Below are positions 14,162-28,664 of a DNA stretch of 64,000 nt, piece after piece. Position 1 is the stretch's first letter. The number at the start of each line of letters is the position of its first letter. The stretch lies in NCBI RefSeq assembly GCF_009914755.1, contig NC_060939.1; one strand, written 5' to 3'. The notes under the pieces are model-generated. The model was given only the letters and a program-made list of their open reading frames with translations. It ran no database searches and had not been told where the DNA came from. The position numbers and the translations under genes were made by a program. Source of the stretch: the human T2T-CHM13v2.0 reference genome, Homo sapiens.

Positions 14162-14424
14162 TGCTCTAAAATGTATCTGCACATGGAATGTATCTTCCTT
14201 GATAATACCTCTTCCACTTTATCATGCTCTCTGGTTTCCAAGGTCTTACAAATCATTGCTCCATTTGATTGATGTAGTGACTATTGCTGTAATGGAAAGA
14301 GGAACTTGAAGACCACTGCCAGGTATTTACCCCAAGCTTGGGAAACCTTTCCTCTCATGCGCTTGAAGTAGAAAGTTTGAGAAAACAGATACAGTATGAC
14401 CTTGAGAATGAAACACAATAAACA

Positions 14425-14502
14425 GAAAAACGAAAGAGAGAGAAAGAAGGAAAGAAAGAGAAAGAAGGAAAGAAAAAGAAGAAAGAGGAAGGAAGGAAGG
14501 AA
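14425..14502. repeat. GA-rich low-complexity tract (GAAA/GGAA)
   Basis: Almost pure purine run. Confidence 0.85.
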
Positions 14503-15229
14503 CCCGGTATCTAGATGGCAATTATGACACAGTGTTTGGCTTTTCCTACCTTCCTTTCAAAATCAATATGACAAAAAACTAAATGACAACATCCTAAGGC
14601 GCTAAGACAGTAATCAGAAAATGGTCACACTACAGCAGAAGTTACTCCTGTTTACAGTACCAGAGCACAGATTAGTTCAAAAATTCCTGCTTATGCCCAG
14701 TCCACTTAAACAGCCACACAGCCAGTGACACGAGAGGTAAGCCACGGTTTGCACCTACTCTTCCTGGAACCGCAGTCTCAGTTAACCTGGTATCTGTGCC
14801 AGCAAACAGGAGCCCTGGAAGTCACACTCCCACCATGTCATCATCCTCCACATAAAGTTTCCATTACCATGTCTACCTCTATGTCCAATTGGTATGAAAG
14901 ACATAGGGTGTTCAAGGGAATAGGCAAGGGCACATTGCCCTGCATAGGTCAGGACAGAGGAAAGGAGAGCAGCAGGAGTAGGGAGCTGTGGAATGTAACT
15001 TTATACACCTTGTTTTGCAAAAGAACAGATGGAGATGGCTGCAGATTGCCCTGCCTTACTCCAATAGTACTGTTAGATTAATGTCTCTAAGATTTTAGTA
15101 GTCTGTTTAGGTGACACACACATATGCTCGTACTTGTACTTGCAAGGACATTCAGGAAATCCTTAGATTGACAGGAAAAATGGATCAAAATGAATAAATG
15201 CACACTGTTATTGGAAAGCTCCAGATCTA

Positions 15230-16300
15230 AAGAGATCTCTCTTTAATGAAAACAGGTAAACTGAAACAAAATAAAATTTAGGCAAAGATTCTGTAACATT
15301 ACGAGGGTAAATGTCCTGAAAAATTTGGAGCAAAATCATATTTATAAAAAAATTATGTAAAACTTTTTAAGAATGCATTTGTTGGTGCTTTTGATAAAGG
15401 CCAAAAATCATGAATTCTGTGATAGCAGCATGAAGATGGATTTGGTTGAGATACAATTTGCAAGAGAAAAGAAGTTTACAGGAAGGTTTTAAATAGTAAG
15501 TGAAAATTTTAAAAATATAATTAAAAGATATATTGAAGTGTAGAACTGTAAAGAATAAAATTAACACAGTAGAAAATTAAAGCAGTAATGTAGATGATAA
15601 ACTAGAGATTTAAGAATGGAGGGGGGAAATAACAAAAACTAAAAACACATAAAAGAAAATAAATGGCTGTAGGACTAAACAGTAAACATATTTATGTTTA
15701 TTTCATTAATTTATTTTTTTCTTAGATTGTATGTGCCGAAAGTTAGAAATCCTTTGTATGTTGTTCACTATTGTTTTTCGAGCATCTACTACTCACTTAT
15801 TATTTTTTTAAAGAAATGTTAAGAATGACAGGATATAAATAGTCACATATTAATAAATGACATCCTCAGGAAGGACCCAGAACAACTGAGCAAAAGTAAT
15901 CACCAAAAAGCTAGCAGAAGAAAATATTATTAAACAAAAAAAGAACTGCTTCATGGTCTAAAATTACTGAAAAACAAAATAAGAAAATTTAAAGCATCAG
16001 TTAAAAAATATTGCAAGGATAAAGCAGTGAAATATTATTTTTAAAAAGAAAAAATGAAACCAGCCTTTGACTTTTTGTTTATAGCAATGTCAGCTGATAA
16101 TAAATATCTAGTAAACTTTAAGAGAGAAATTGTTGCTATTGAAGAATTCTGTTCCCAGCTAACGTTTTCTTTTCATGTGTGATTACAAGAAGAAGCTATT
16201 TTCAGATATGTATGGGTCCAGAAAATACTTCATATATTAAAAAAAAATGCTGTAAGGCCTCCATCAGCTAGCTGTGAGATGAATCAAAAATAAAAACTCA
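15230..16300 (+). mobile_element. Ancient L1 ORF1-like/HAL1-like relic, with a small L2-like piece at about 15720-15830
   Basis: A-rich; AACACAGTAGAAAATTAAAGCAGT and AGAATTCTGTTCCCAGCTAAC..TATTTTCAGATATG resemble the ORF1 coiled-coil and PRILYPAKL regions. Confidence 0.5.
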
Positions 16301-16674
16301 ATAGTGCAGTGGTTTTTTGATTCCATTTCATTTTTTCAAAGAAAATATTTATTTGTTTTTTCTAAATTACCAATTTCTACAATTATCTTTATGAATTTCT
16401 TAACTTTTTTATTATATACATTTTTAACTTCTTTAGTTGAAAGTGTGACATTCATTTAATTTTTGTCATGTTTTTGATAGTAATAAAAATCTTTGAAGCC
16501 GTGAACTTATCCCTGTCTATAGGTTTCAGTGAACTCCATTCATTTTAATATGTAATTATTTCATTATTGATACACTCTTAATATTCAGGAATTGTAGGTC
16601 TTTATTGCCTATGCAGATTCAAGAAAACAAGTTAAAAACTAGTTGAGTACATGTTGTTGTTTAATAGCTTTTTT

Positions 16675-16915
16675 GGAAAAACAGACTTCTTGTTTGTGTA
16701 CTTTTAGGTTGATGCAACATGGAACAGAAGGTACAGAGCTTTCCCATAGCCCCTCTGCCCCTACACAAGCACCATCCCCCTCATGCTCAACATTTCCCAC
16801 CACAGTGGAACATTCGTTACAACTGATGAAACCACATTGACTTTTCGTTCTCACACAAAATCTGTAGTTTATATCAGGGTTCATTCTCAGCATTGTACTC
16901 TGGCTTTGTTTTTAA
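16675..16915 (-). mobile_element. L1MC/MD-type 3'UTR fragment
   Basis: GAAGGTACAGAGCTTTCCCATA..GTTACAACTGATGAAACCACATTGAC..AGGGTTCATTCT. Confidence 0.8.
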
Positions 16916-16983
16916 GTACTATTTTCTTTTATTGTGGTCTCAGATGATTCTGTATATATATTTTTAACTTTAAAGTCATCTTT

Positions 16984-17326
<343 letters not shown>

Positions 17327-18967
17327 TAAAGCCATCTTTATAATGTCATATATGAACCTTTTACATAAAATTTAAAAGTGTGCTTGATGGTCACGGCCAT
17401 TCTAGGCTCACATCATAATATATCCATGACCAGAAAGAAAAGGGTTGATGTGTGAAGAAAGCAAAGACAGAAATGATAAAATTTTCCTTGATTGTAGTGG
17501 CTCTGTTTCTCATTGGTGTCCATGAGAAATTATTTAAAAACCTCTCAAATCATTCTGATTAGCCTCTCTGGAGGAAAACAGATGTAAGTGCCAATAAAAA
17601 TGGATTAAGGGATCTAAGTACAATATCTAAGCACAGGCTGTTTCTGCCCTCAATGGTCACTACAATACACCAGTAGATGAGGTCATCTGTTTTTACCACA
17701 TGTGCAGGGTTTCTCCGTTTTCTCAATTTTATAGGTATTCTGTTTAATCTGATATTCACAGATAAGTCATCTTATTAACATTCTTCATAACACACTTATT
17801 TTTTAATAACTCCTGTAAATCTTCATTAAGTTTTAAGTTATCTGTTTCTATGGGATTCGCCTGTGGAAGTGGGGAAAGGTGGGGAAAATAGAGGATAGCT
17901 ACAGGGTTTGCTGCCCCTATTAAAGTCTAAACACTCCTGTCTTGGAAAAGCTATGCCTCACACATTTCCCAGAGTCACACCATGTGAGTCTTTGCCAAAG
18001 ACAATTTCAAGTCAGCTTCATTGAAAAATGCACTCTTGTAAGATATGTGTTATATGCCCTTCAAAGCTCTTGGAACTGTACCACCCACCATCACTGCTAT
18101 TCCAGGTCCCCCCCAACCACACACTTTTTTTGCAGAGCTTGGGATTCTCACATCTTCCCCTTGATAGTTTGACACTATCAGCTCCCTTATGTGAAGCCTC
18201 CTTCCTCTAGAGGGGTTGAGTATGAACTCTACTAATGATTGAGCCTGCCATTTTGGAACAGGACTGCCTTATGCTGCGGAGCTAGTTCCCCTTTCACTGG
18301 AAGAACCCAGGATAAACGCTTCACATTCCTGTGATGGGCACCAGATAGGGTCTGAGAAGGGCTAAGCCTGCCTGAAAGACCTAGAGTTCCTACTATGACT
18401 TATATAGGCTTACCTACACTTGCTCTGATTTCTTCCTTGCTAGATTTTTTGGGGAACAGAGAAGCTGAATCTCTTCTCTATCTCTCACTCTCTCTAAACC
18501 CCTTTCAACTTTAACTTATTTAAATTTGCTTCACAAAAGTTAGAGTGTCATAGAAACTCAAGATGTTTCTAATAAGGTCTTTGAAAGCAGAGTAAGCTTG
18601 CACAAATATCTGCCCAAACAGAAGGCTACAGCATAGAGACTAAGCATGCCTGGTAACTTCCAGAATGTGCTGGACTTTCTTTCTGGCACATCAAAGCCTA
18701 CAAAGGCTCTCTGTCATATTAACCTGATATGACACCTGCTGCCAACACCAGGGACTTTGATGAAACTGATCTAGCAAGACTACTAATTATTTAGGAGATG
18801 GGCTGTATCCCACATTTGCAGAGTATTAGAGCTGAAATGGGGGAATCTGTATGTTTTAAGGAAGAGGACTATAATCTGGTATGTTCTAGCAAGATTTATT
18901 CTATGACATACAACCACACACAGGCATAAATAAAATGCTTTAGGTTTGAAGTATGGTGAAATACTTT

Positions 18968-19160
18968 AGAGGCAGCATGATATACAAAAAGTATTCATTA
19001 AGAAGTTTGAATATTGGCTCTTCTACATATGATCTTGGTGATCTTGAACTATTTACATAATCTGATGGGGGTCACATTTTTCACCCTTACAGTATACATA
19101 AAAATACATTTTTGGTGGCTGTGAAGATTAGAAATGCATGCATAAATTATCTAGCACCAC
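18968..19160 (+). mobile_element. Degenerate MIR
   Basis: GAGGCAGCATG start; GGCTGTGAAGATTAGAAATG..CTAGCAC. Confidence 0.55.
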
Positions 19161-19957
19161 AGGAGACTACCATTCTATTGGCACTTGTCAGATGTCCAGT
19201 AATGGTAGGTCATGTTGTGCTCCAATGGAAGTGAAGTCCTAGTGCATGTCAAACAATATTCATGTTGAATCTTTGGTGCTATTGTTTCCCTTCCAGATCT
19301 AGCACTTATATTTAAGCACAACTACACCTTAAAATTATGACTTTAAAATTTGTTTAAGCAAAGTGTAGAGACAAGTTTTGAAGACAAATGTCATGGTTTT
19401 TCTTTCTTCATTTTCATTCTTTGGCCAGGTATATGCTTCTTTTTATGGCTACCTGGGGCCTTAAGAAGGTCTTAATAAAATATATAGAAGAAAATATGCG
19501 TGTGTCCTGGAGCTCTGCTGTTTTGCTAAACCAGCAACCATTTATTCTTCTGTTAATAACAGTTCCCTGGTTTTCTTCAGGGAATTAATTTTCTCACTTT
19601 CTTATTCTAGGATGTTCGTGTAGCAGGCAAGGGGTTAGCACATGTGATACCTCTGGCCAATTAAAGTCTTTCAGTTCCCTGGCATTTGTTCATGGATAGA
19701 TTTATTTGCTGGTCCAAACTGATGAGATTCAACACAGGACTTTGGTCAAAAGTGTTGGGAGCACTGTGAGGATGAGGAGAGTCTGTCACTGCTGGATTGA
19801 GCATGGAACTAACATAGAAGGGGAAAAAAGAAAGATAAGCAAGTAAAAGTATAAGACTGCATTCTATTAATAATAGCATGATTTGAGATGCTGGATCTAG
19901 CCATGCTTGATTTTTCATATATTTTTTTCTATGTTGAGTTGGGTTTTTATCAACTTT

Positions 19958-21327
19958 CAACTGGTGGATCCAGGTTTCATGTAGCCTGAGGCTCATACAA
20001 TTTGGGATGTGCTTTTTAAGAAATGAGTACAAAATTATAAAAAGAAAAAGAGATAGAAAGTAATTATTTATTAAGAAATTGAAAATAAATAACAAGTAAT
20101 AATTGTAAAGGACTGACAAATGTCACAGACCTTACAAAAACTAAATATAAAAAATATACTTTTAAATTAATATTTTATATAATGCTTTTTATTGCAAATT
20201 CATTTGACTTGTCCTGAGACACTGTTTTGGTATCATTTTATTCTAAAGATGGAATAGAATTGACATATCATCTGGTAGTTGATCACAATTTGTTTTTGTT
20301 TTAAATTTTTTATAGTCCAGAATTTTTTTTTTGAGACTTACAAACCATTACTGGCAAGGACATTATTGTTAAAATGTAGATTATTGTCAAACTTGAGAAA
20401 ACTGTCAGGATTCTGTCACATACAAACTATAAGATTTTAGGGAATTTCAAGTTTTCCTATATAATCATCTGAGATATTATTTCAATTGCTGCAAATCACT
20501 ATCCATTTTGTCCTAATTATTGTTGACATTCTAATTATAATGGTATAATATAAGTTTTATGTTATTTTGTCCATGTCAGTATTTCATGTCATATTAACAA
20601 GAAAATTGTTTATTTTCCAATGTGTTCAAATGATTATTTTTATTAATTGAATTATCAAGCAATCACAAAATTTATTTCTGATGAATTTATAAATTTATAT
20701 GCTATATTATTAAGTATGTTCTTGACAAGAGCAAACTTTTGCTTTGACTAAGTATGGAAAAGAACCTCATTTCAACCATGGCTTTACATATATGATGATT
20801 GGAAGAATTTTCCACAGAGTAGCTTCTGGTTCTCTATATATCTAACCATGTTTCTCTGTCTTTACCATATATTTTGGTATTGAACACTTTGGGATTATAT
20901 TTTAATATAATCCCTGGTCCCACAACTTTCTGCCATAATATTGGGTGAGTCAACATAGTGAACAGGAGAGGGGTTCCCAGAAGCCATTCCTATTAGGAGC
21001 TGGCTAACAGTCACCTGACTATAGACATAACCACAAATCACATAAATATATCTCATTAAACTCAACCTAAATTTAGCTGACTCCCAACATACCTGCAGCC
21101 ACTCCAGTGCTATACAACAAGAGAGAAAGTATTGTGGAGGGTGGCATCAAGTAGAACTATGATAGTTTTAATTGATTTTGGTTAGATTGTTTAATTTTGC
21201 AAATTTTATAAAAATATATAATCAAGTTAAAGCATCACAGGCCCCCTCCTAGGGTTTCAGAAGTGACTCATGCAGGTGAGGATGCTGAAATTTATCCTTC
21301 ATTAACTTCACTTAAAATTTACCTTTG
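19958..21327. mobile_element. MER45-family (hAT-Tip100) DNA transposon, about 1.37 kb (MER45R/B-like)
   Basis: One end reads GGTGGATCCAGGTTTCATGTAGCCTGAGGCTCATACAATTTGGG; the other reads GCCCCCTCCTAGGG..CTTCATTAACTTCAC..AAATTTACCTTTG; AT-rich interior. Confidence 0.8.
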
Positions 21328-22519
21328 CTGACATAGTATATAACTTGGGCACTCTGGGAAACTATTTTAGTTTTTGAGCCATGTTGACTCATGTTGATCA
21401 AAAACCAGAAAAACCTTTTGCTCGCTAACTGGGAGAGCTCAGGAAAAATCCAGAGCAATGACACCATGAACATGAGGCACGGTCAGTGTCTGTAATGTCC
21501 TGATGGCCTCATGACTCCTTAAACATTGATGCAATAATTTTTGACTTTTGTGAGGTTGTAATGGAGGAAATATCTCCCTACCTCAAATCAAAGACTGCTT
21601 AATGCTGTTTCTTTGACAGCAGCCCTAAGAGTCATTTTTTGGGAAAGCAAGAGAATTTCCTTCTTTGTCAACTTCAAAAGATTAGGCTTCCTTGTCTAAA
21701 TATCCCTGATATCCCATTATTGTCCTTCCAGACCCTGGATTGTGTTCTTAGGGACTGAGTGACTTACATCTGCCACGCTGAAAATTAATGAAAGACCTTG
21801 GATCATATAAGATCAAGGCTAATAACAGGGGATTTAAAGGAGCTTTTTCCTAGGTCAGAGTAGGTCACATGCCAAGAGAGATTTATGCTGGTTTAACCAG
21901 TGAAGAGAAATTGAGGATTAGATTTTCAATTTGAGAAGTCAAACAAAGCTGGGGGAATTTAATTGGCCATTCGACATGTGTTTCATTGGTTACCAGCCAT
22001 CTCTAGATCTGTCTGTTTTGTGGAAATAAGGAGAGGGAGTGAATCTTGATAATTCCCAATTCACCTAATCAGATTATCATCCTTGTCTGAATGCAAACTG
22101 ACAGGTGGAAGACAGACCTGTAACTGGAGTGCATTTAGTCAGGGCTCCAAGTCTTCCCACTGGCTTGTTCTCCAAATGGCTCTTTGGATAAGTTAATGAG
22201 CATAGAGTTGAAAGGCTGGAGGTCTGCATATGGCAGGGGCCTGGCATCGGCTTGGCATGGTTCTGTAGAGGAACCTTGTCAGTGCAATCACCTGTAGCAG
22301 AGGCATAGAAATCACCATCTGCCCAAGCCTCACTCAGTTCACTGGGAAAGATTAGAAGATATGACTTCTGGAGTCCCAGATGGATCCTTCAACACTCAGG
22401 TGCAAAGCTGCTTCCAGAGAAACTGCAGGAGACATGGAGCAGATGGGCCCTGGACCTACCACTACAGTTTCCTGCCTTAAGCATTCTAATTATTGCCTTG
22501 TTCTGCCTTGAGTATAAAC

Positions 22520-22742
22520 CAAGTTAGAACAAACTTTAGCATCAAACAGACCTAAGTTCAATTTTTCTAGTGATGGGAGTTTAGGCAACTTACTTAATCA
22601 CTGTCAGCCTAATTTCCTCATCTCAAAAATGGAGGATTACAAGTATGCTCTTATTTGTATTGTTCTGAGGATTAAATATGGTAAAGTGGATGAATGTGTC
22701 ATTTACTAGGCTGGGCTTAGTGTGGCACTCAGAAAATGTTTC
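22520..22742 (+). mobile_element. MIR SINE
   Basis: AGACCTAAGTTCAA..GGCAACTTACTTAA..TTTCCTCATCTCAAAAATGG..GAGGATTAAAT. Confidence 0.8.
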
Positions 22743-23361
22743 TTTGTGGAATCATATTACTCATATCCATTAGTACTTGGAGGAAAATAGGCCTGACTCA
22801 CTTTCTGAGCCTGTTCATGACAAACATCCTATAATCCATGGTAACACTATGCTAAATATTAAAATATTTTCTACTTTTAAAGAATGTGAAGGCAGTCTTT
22901 GTAGGGATCTGATTCAATGTTCCATCTTCAATAAGTTTCATGAGATGAGACTAAGAGATATCAGAGCCTCTCTCAAACCCAGCCATGATGCAACATTGAC
23001 TGACATTTGTAAGATTAGAATCATTTACAAAGCTGATAACACAGGGTTTCCAGCAGTTTGTTGCTTGGGCAACTGATTTCATGTATTCATAGTCCTAAAA
23101 ATGAGTTGCTGTGAAATACCAGTAGAGAAAAATGGGGCCAGTTCTTTGGGCTGGGCCCAGAACACTAGAGGAGTCTACATAAGAGCCATCCCTCCTAGGG
23201 TAGCCCCTAGTATTATGCTATTTAGTTAGAAAACTCATTATTTGGAATAAAAGTACTCCCTAAAGTGGGTTAAACATGTCAATCATTTTAACTTTTAATC
23301 TCATTCTTTTAATTGGGATGATACCTTAAGATCCATTTACTCACAAAAGTCAGCCTATTCT

Positions 23362-23651
23362 CTTTTTTTTTGATGGAGTCTTGCTCTGTTGCCCAGGCTA
23401 GAGTGCAGTGGTACTGTCTCCTCTCACCACAATCCCTGCCTCCTGGTTTCAAACGATTCTCCTGTGTCAGCCTCCTGAGTGGCTGGGATTACAGGCACAT
23501 GTCATCACACCCAGCCAATTTTTCTATTTTCAGTAGAGATGGGGTTTCACCATGTTGGCCAGGCTGGTCTTGAACTCCTGACCTCAGGTGATCTACCTAC
23601 CTGGGCCTCCTAGAGTGCTGGGATTACAGGCGTGAGCCACTGCTCCCAGCC
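23362..23651 (-). mobile_element. AluSx-like SINE
   Basis: TSD AAAAGTCAGCCTATTCT (23345-23361) / AAAAGTCAAACTATTCT (23652-23668). Confidence 0.95.
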
Positions 23652-23721
23652 AAAAGTCAAACTATTCTTACTCAAACCTCATACCTTTGCTGTTTTTACC
23701 TGAATTGAGTTTAAGTCAGTT

Positions 23722-23900
23722 ACCCTTAACAAATATTTGCTAAGCACACACTGTATTCCAGACAATATGCTAAGAAAGAATGGTAAAATGAAAACTAAGA
23801 ACTTGGCCTTTTACTCAAGGGAATACCCACTTCATATCTAGTTTGTGACAGATTAAAATAATTAATTGTGATACAATGAAGTAAGTGCGAGAGTAGAAGT
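23722..23900 (-). mobile_element. L2 3' fragment
   Basis: AACAAATATTTGCTAAGCACACACTGTATTCCAGAC. Confidence 0.55.
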
Positions 23901-24028
23901 ATTTTATTAATAATTTATTAGGAATATTTCTAAAATCTGAGATTATTTAATGTTTCTCCATGATAGAGTTGGATAAACTTCTGGAGGAGACATGTTTTCT
24001 GTTTTTCTTTTTAAAGTAAATAGCAGTT

Positions 24029-24299
<271 letters not shown>

Positions 24300-25125
24300 A
24301 AGGTAAATAGAAGTTTTCCATGGGAGTAGAGGATGGTTATTAGCAGGGTTTTTGTGATTGATAAGGTATTGCAGCAAAAGAGAAGAAACAAACCAAGTTT
24401 TTGTGTTTACCTGATTGATGAGGGTACAATAGGGATGAGAGTGATAAAGCTAGGGAATGCTGCAGAAGAAATGGAGAGAGAATTTGGAGCTGCACAGAGA
24501 GCGGGGTGCTAGTTGGGTTGGACATCAGCACAGAGATCAGGGCAAAAGACAGACAGTTTTTCATGAACTGTAGTGAGGTAATATTTCAAGCCAGGTGTTT
24601 TTCTTGGGAGCCAGAAAAACGTGAATTTGAGTTTCCAGTCCATTTTATAGAATACCAAGCTGCTTTAAAGCCTCAGGCTAAATGTGAATCACAAAACCAT
24701 CCTCATAGTTTTGCTATGAGGATGCAATAAGGTAGTTAACACAAAGTGTGTTGTACCTTATCTGGCACATAGCAAGAACTTGTCACATCAAAGCCATCCT
24801 TCAACATAAGCTGGCAGAAGGAGACATATTTCAGGAGTTCCCTGGAAGGGTTGCAGGGGGATCCATGACATGTAATGTGTATTTGCACTTGCCTGAGGAG
24901 ATGGAGCACTCTTTTTATTACATTCTCCAAAGTCTGTCACTCAAAGAAAAGATAAGTACTAATTCCAAAGAGTGCAAAGAAAAGACAGCAAAGAATGAAT
25001 GTTGAAGGATCTCAACATTTTAAAAGCAGGACGAGGAGCAGGAAAGCTATGAGAACACAAAGACAATTCATCAGCATTGTCAGTTCTGCTTTCAGGTGAT
25101 GGGTATATGCCTACAAATCACTGTG

Positions 25126-26029
25126 TGTAATAGACAGAAATCTGGCCCCATGACCTTCACCCCTGGTATGAATATGTCATGTTACATGGCAAAAAAAAGA
25201 CTTTGCAGACACAATTAAGGAGGGATTTATCTTGGATTTTGTGGATGGGCTGAAAGTCCTTACATAGCTCCTAAAGCAGAATTTTCTTCCAGCTGAGGTC
25301 AGAAGAGGAAATCAGGGAGATAGAGCGAAAGGAGAGAATAGAGAGATTCAAAGCAAAATAAGAACTTTGCATGTTGTTGCTGGCTTTGAAAATGGAGCTG
25401 GCCTATGAGCCAAGGCATATGGGTGGAACCACTAAGAAAACAACCAAGGGAATAGGGAGGACAGCCTGCAATTATCCCACAACCTGAATAAGCCTGGAAG
25501 TGGATTCTCCTCCAGTACCCTCTAGATAAGAGCCTTGCTTGACCAACAGCTTGATTTTGGCTTTGTGAGAACTTAAGCAGAGAACCCAGTTGAATCCAGT
25601 CAAGTCACACTGTGAGTGGGCATTTGACTCACAGCAACTATGAGAGAATATATATATACACATATATATATATATATATATATTTAGACACAGTATCTCA
25701 CTCTGTGCCCAGGCTACAGTGAAGTGGCCCGATCACGGCTCACTGCAACCTTGACCTCCTGAGCTCAAGCAATCCTTCTCTTTCAGCCTCTCGAGCAGCT
25801 GGGACTACAGGTGCATGCCACCATGCGAGGCCAATTTATTTTTATTATTTTTTAGAAATGGGGTCTCACTAGGTTGCCCAAGTTGGTCTCAAACTCCTGG
25901 TATCAAGTGATCCTCTCACCTTGGCCTCCTAAATTGCTGGGATTACAGATGTGAGTCACCATACCTGGCCAATTTGTGTCGTTTTAAGCAGCCACTTTTG
26001 AGGTTCAGCAGTAACCGAAAACTGATACA
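25126..26029 (+). mobile_element. MLT1E-type MaLR solo LTR, split by an AluJ
   Basis: TGTAATAGACAGAA..GTTACATGGCAAA..GACTTTGCAGA..GCTGGCTTTGAA..GAAAACTGATACA. Confidence 0.85.
25648..25970 (-). mobile_element. AluJ SINE with a (TA)n microsatellite tail
   Basis: GACCTCCTGAGCTCAAGCAATCC and GGGTCTCACTAGGTTGCCCA; (TA)n at about 25648-25684. Confidence 0.92.
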
Positions 26030-28664
26030 CTCCAGCATGCAAAATTGTGCAACAAAAACTGCAGGGACCAAGAGGAAAATACTCAAAAACTTGACACTGA
26101 CATATAAACAAAGAAATTGAGAGAAATCTAATAAAAATGGTAGCAGTTTTACATATATGAAGTGATTAAGAAACACATAAATACTGCAATAAATACTGCA
26201 ATAAATACAGCATTTTACCTTGAAAAAGTCCTGAAGTTTGCTTGTGGAAGAAGGTGTCAGAAGGATTCCAGCTCATGAGTTACTGTGAAGTGGTGGAAGG
26301 ATGATTAGCTGATGTCAGGCAACACCAGGTGTGGATGACTGTGGCTCATAACGTGTGATGAACTGAGGTCACTGGTAGATGCTTAAGGTGTACATATGTG
26401 TGTGTGACTCAGTACAGTTTTCAGTGTTCACTGAACACTTCAGTTTAGTTTAGATGTGAACAAAATCATGCATAAGCAAATGGAAAATTTGAATTAGGCT
26501 CAAATTACTCATTGATATATCAATTATATTGGGACTAATTCCTATTTTCAAAATAAATGTTATAGCAGAACTGACTCTATATAGGAATAATGGCAACAAA
26601 AAACTCTACACAACTGGGTGGCAGCCCATGCCAAACATATGTCAATCTTTTTGACAACTAGACTAGCTGGACTGTTGTAGGTATGAGGAGATAATGCCAC
26701 TCTAAGCAAGACCCTGTGCAATCACAGGCAACTCGGCAAGTCTATTGTAGCAACAGGCTTCTGAAAGTCAGCAACAGCAAAATATTTAATCAGCATATCT
26801 GAGTTTCTCAAAAGGCAGGCAATATGAAACCAAACCCTTCTGGGGATGTCTACTTCAATACTGTGAGTCAATTTCTCATTTTGCAATGACCTGGCTGGTA
26901 TAAATCTCTTTGTAAATCTTTTAAACAGGGTCTCACTCTGGTGTGTTTTCAGCCCTCAAATAATTAGTGTTTCTCCTTTGTTGTTTTTATGCGTGATTGC
27001 CTTTGCAGAGTCAAAAGGAAGCTTGTCGTTTGGGGAATGCACGAAGTACTGTTCTCTGGCCAAGGGCAATGATAGAGGGAAAACAATAACCCAAGAATTT
27101 AGGTTAATGAGAAAGATACACACTAGTGTAAAACATAAATTGCAACACTGAGCTTTATTTTATAATCTCATAACCTTTATCATTTGGAAAATTCCTGTGA
27201 CTTCAGTCCAAACCATTCATGGAGGCACTTGAAGCCTGGCAAATGGGGTGCTTTGTCCAAGATCAAATGGCAATTTGGTGTTATTCCCTAACATCTTTCA
27301 GTGGTAGTTACCATATACAATTTGAAAATCTTATGAAACTCCAAGAACTTTTGCACAAGAGTAGCCTCTTGTTTGTTTCTTCCTTTTCCTAGTTCTCCTT
27401 TAGAGTGGCCAAAAGAAAATATGAAGGTCCCACACTGCTTTCATGAGAATGTCTTATGATTCATTAATTCTATCATGTTTCAATCATTCATTATTTTCTT
27501 CCCTATTTCTACCTGAAATGAACAAGAAGCCAAATGTACCCTAACTTTGGCTGATACAAAAGAGGCATAGAAAACGAGAAACAAGACAGAGAATGAGGAA
27601 CGGGACAACCAGACTTTTATCATTTAAATTCTCTTTATTTACAAGGAGAATTTACCATTACCTTTTAATTGGAATCAAGTCATCCCCTCAAGGAAACATA
27701 TCCTGAAGTACGTTCATTCTACAACTACTTTGTTTCCAAGCACTGAACTCCTGTGTCATAAAGACCGTAGAGTCACTGTTTATTTGAAAGAAAAGTGAAT
27801 GTGTGGGTGTTGTAAAAAAGAAACATAAGAGGCTGCCCCGTTGTCTTTTGTTTGGAAACTCAATTCTAGGCCCTGTGCTATCTGTGCCATAAAAAGGATC
27901 AAGTGTCCTCCCGGTCTCAAGTTCTTTCCAGAAGATGTGCCATCATTAAAAACTAAATGGTTTCCACGGCAACCTCCTCCTCAAACCCATCAATTTTTCT
28001 GGCAAAGCCATTTCATTCTGTCCCAGGAACCATATTAGAGTTAAAAATAATAATACAACTCTCAAAAAATGAAGTTAGGAAAATATCAACAGACAAAAAT
28101 AAAACGAATGTGAGCCCAACAATATTTTGAGCATAATAAGATTGAGAGAACAAAACTTTCCCCAATAGCACTGGGTTCAGGATGTTAATGAAGATTTGAC
28201 ATAAAGAATCACAGTATAAAAGGGGATAGAAGAATGGAAGCAGGGAAGAGCCAGCTGCAAAGAGTGAAGAGTGCACAATGGTTTGGGGACAGCCAGCTCC
28301 TTTTCTTTGCTTCTCTTTTCTTCTCTGATAAGCGTACGGTCACTGGCATTGAAACAGAATTAAACTAAAGCAGCAAATGAAGTTTCCACCGGGAAAAGTT
28401 GTCTCTTGCAGAGTTCCGAGTGGAGCTGGGAGCAGTGCCAAGGGCTCATGAAGCAATTTTGGATGGTTCTGCTGGAAAGGCAGGAATGTCTGTCCTTCCA
28501 TCACTCACAGCCCTTTACAACAACTGGCGTATCAGGGTATCAGGATCTTATGGTGCAAGTCAGAATTTGAAGCGGCTTTGGCAGTATCCATCTGTCTTAT
28601 TCCACATGGTTACATTTGTGTTACCATCTTAACTTTAGCCACTGTTATTTATAATAAAAGCTAT

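Larger units (their letters stand above)
25077..26577 (-). mobile_element. Tigger13a-like TcMar DNA transposon, split by an MLT1E-type LTR
   Basis: Inverted termini GTCAGTTCTGCT (25079) / AGCAGAACTGAC (to 26575); the body resumes at 26030. Confidence 0.75.

Noticed and set aside
17340-17880. Possible ancient minus-strand L1 ORF2 relic
   Set aside because: The similarity is too faint to support by eye.
27009-28560. Acceptor-like TTTGCAG/CTTGCAG sites at 27008 and 28411 as exons
   Set aside because: Only weak downstream donors; indistinguishable from background.
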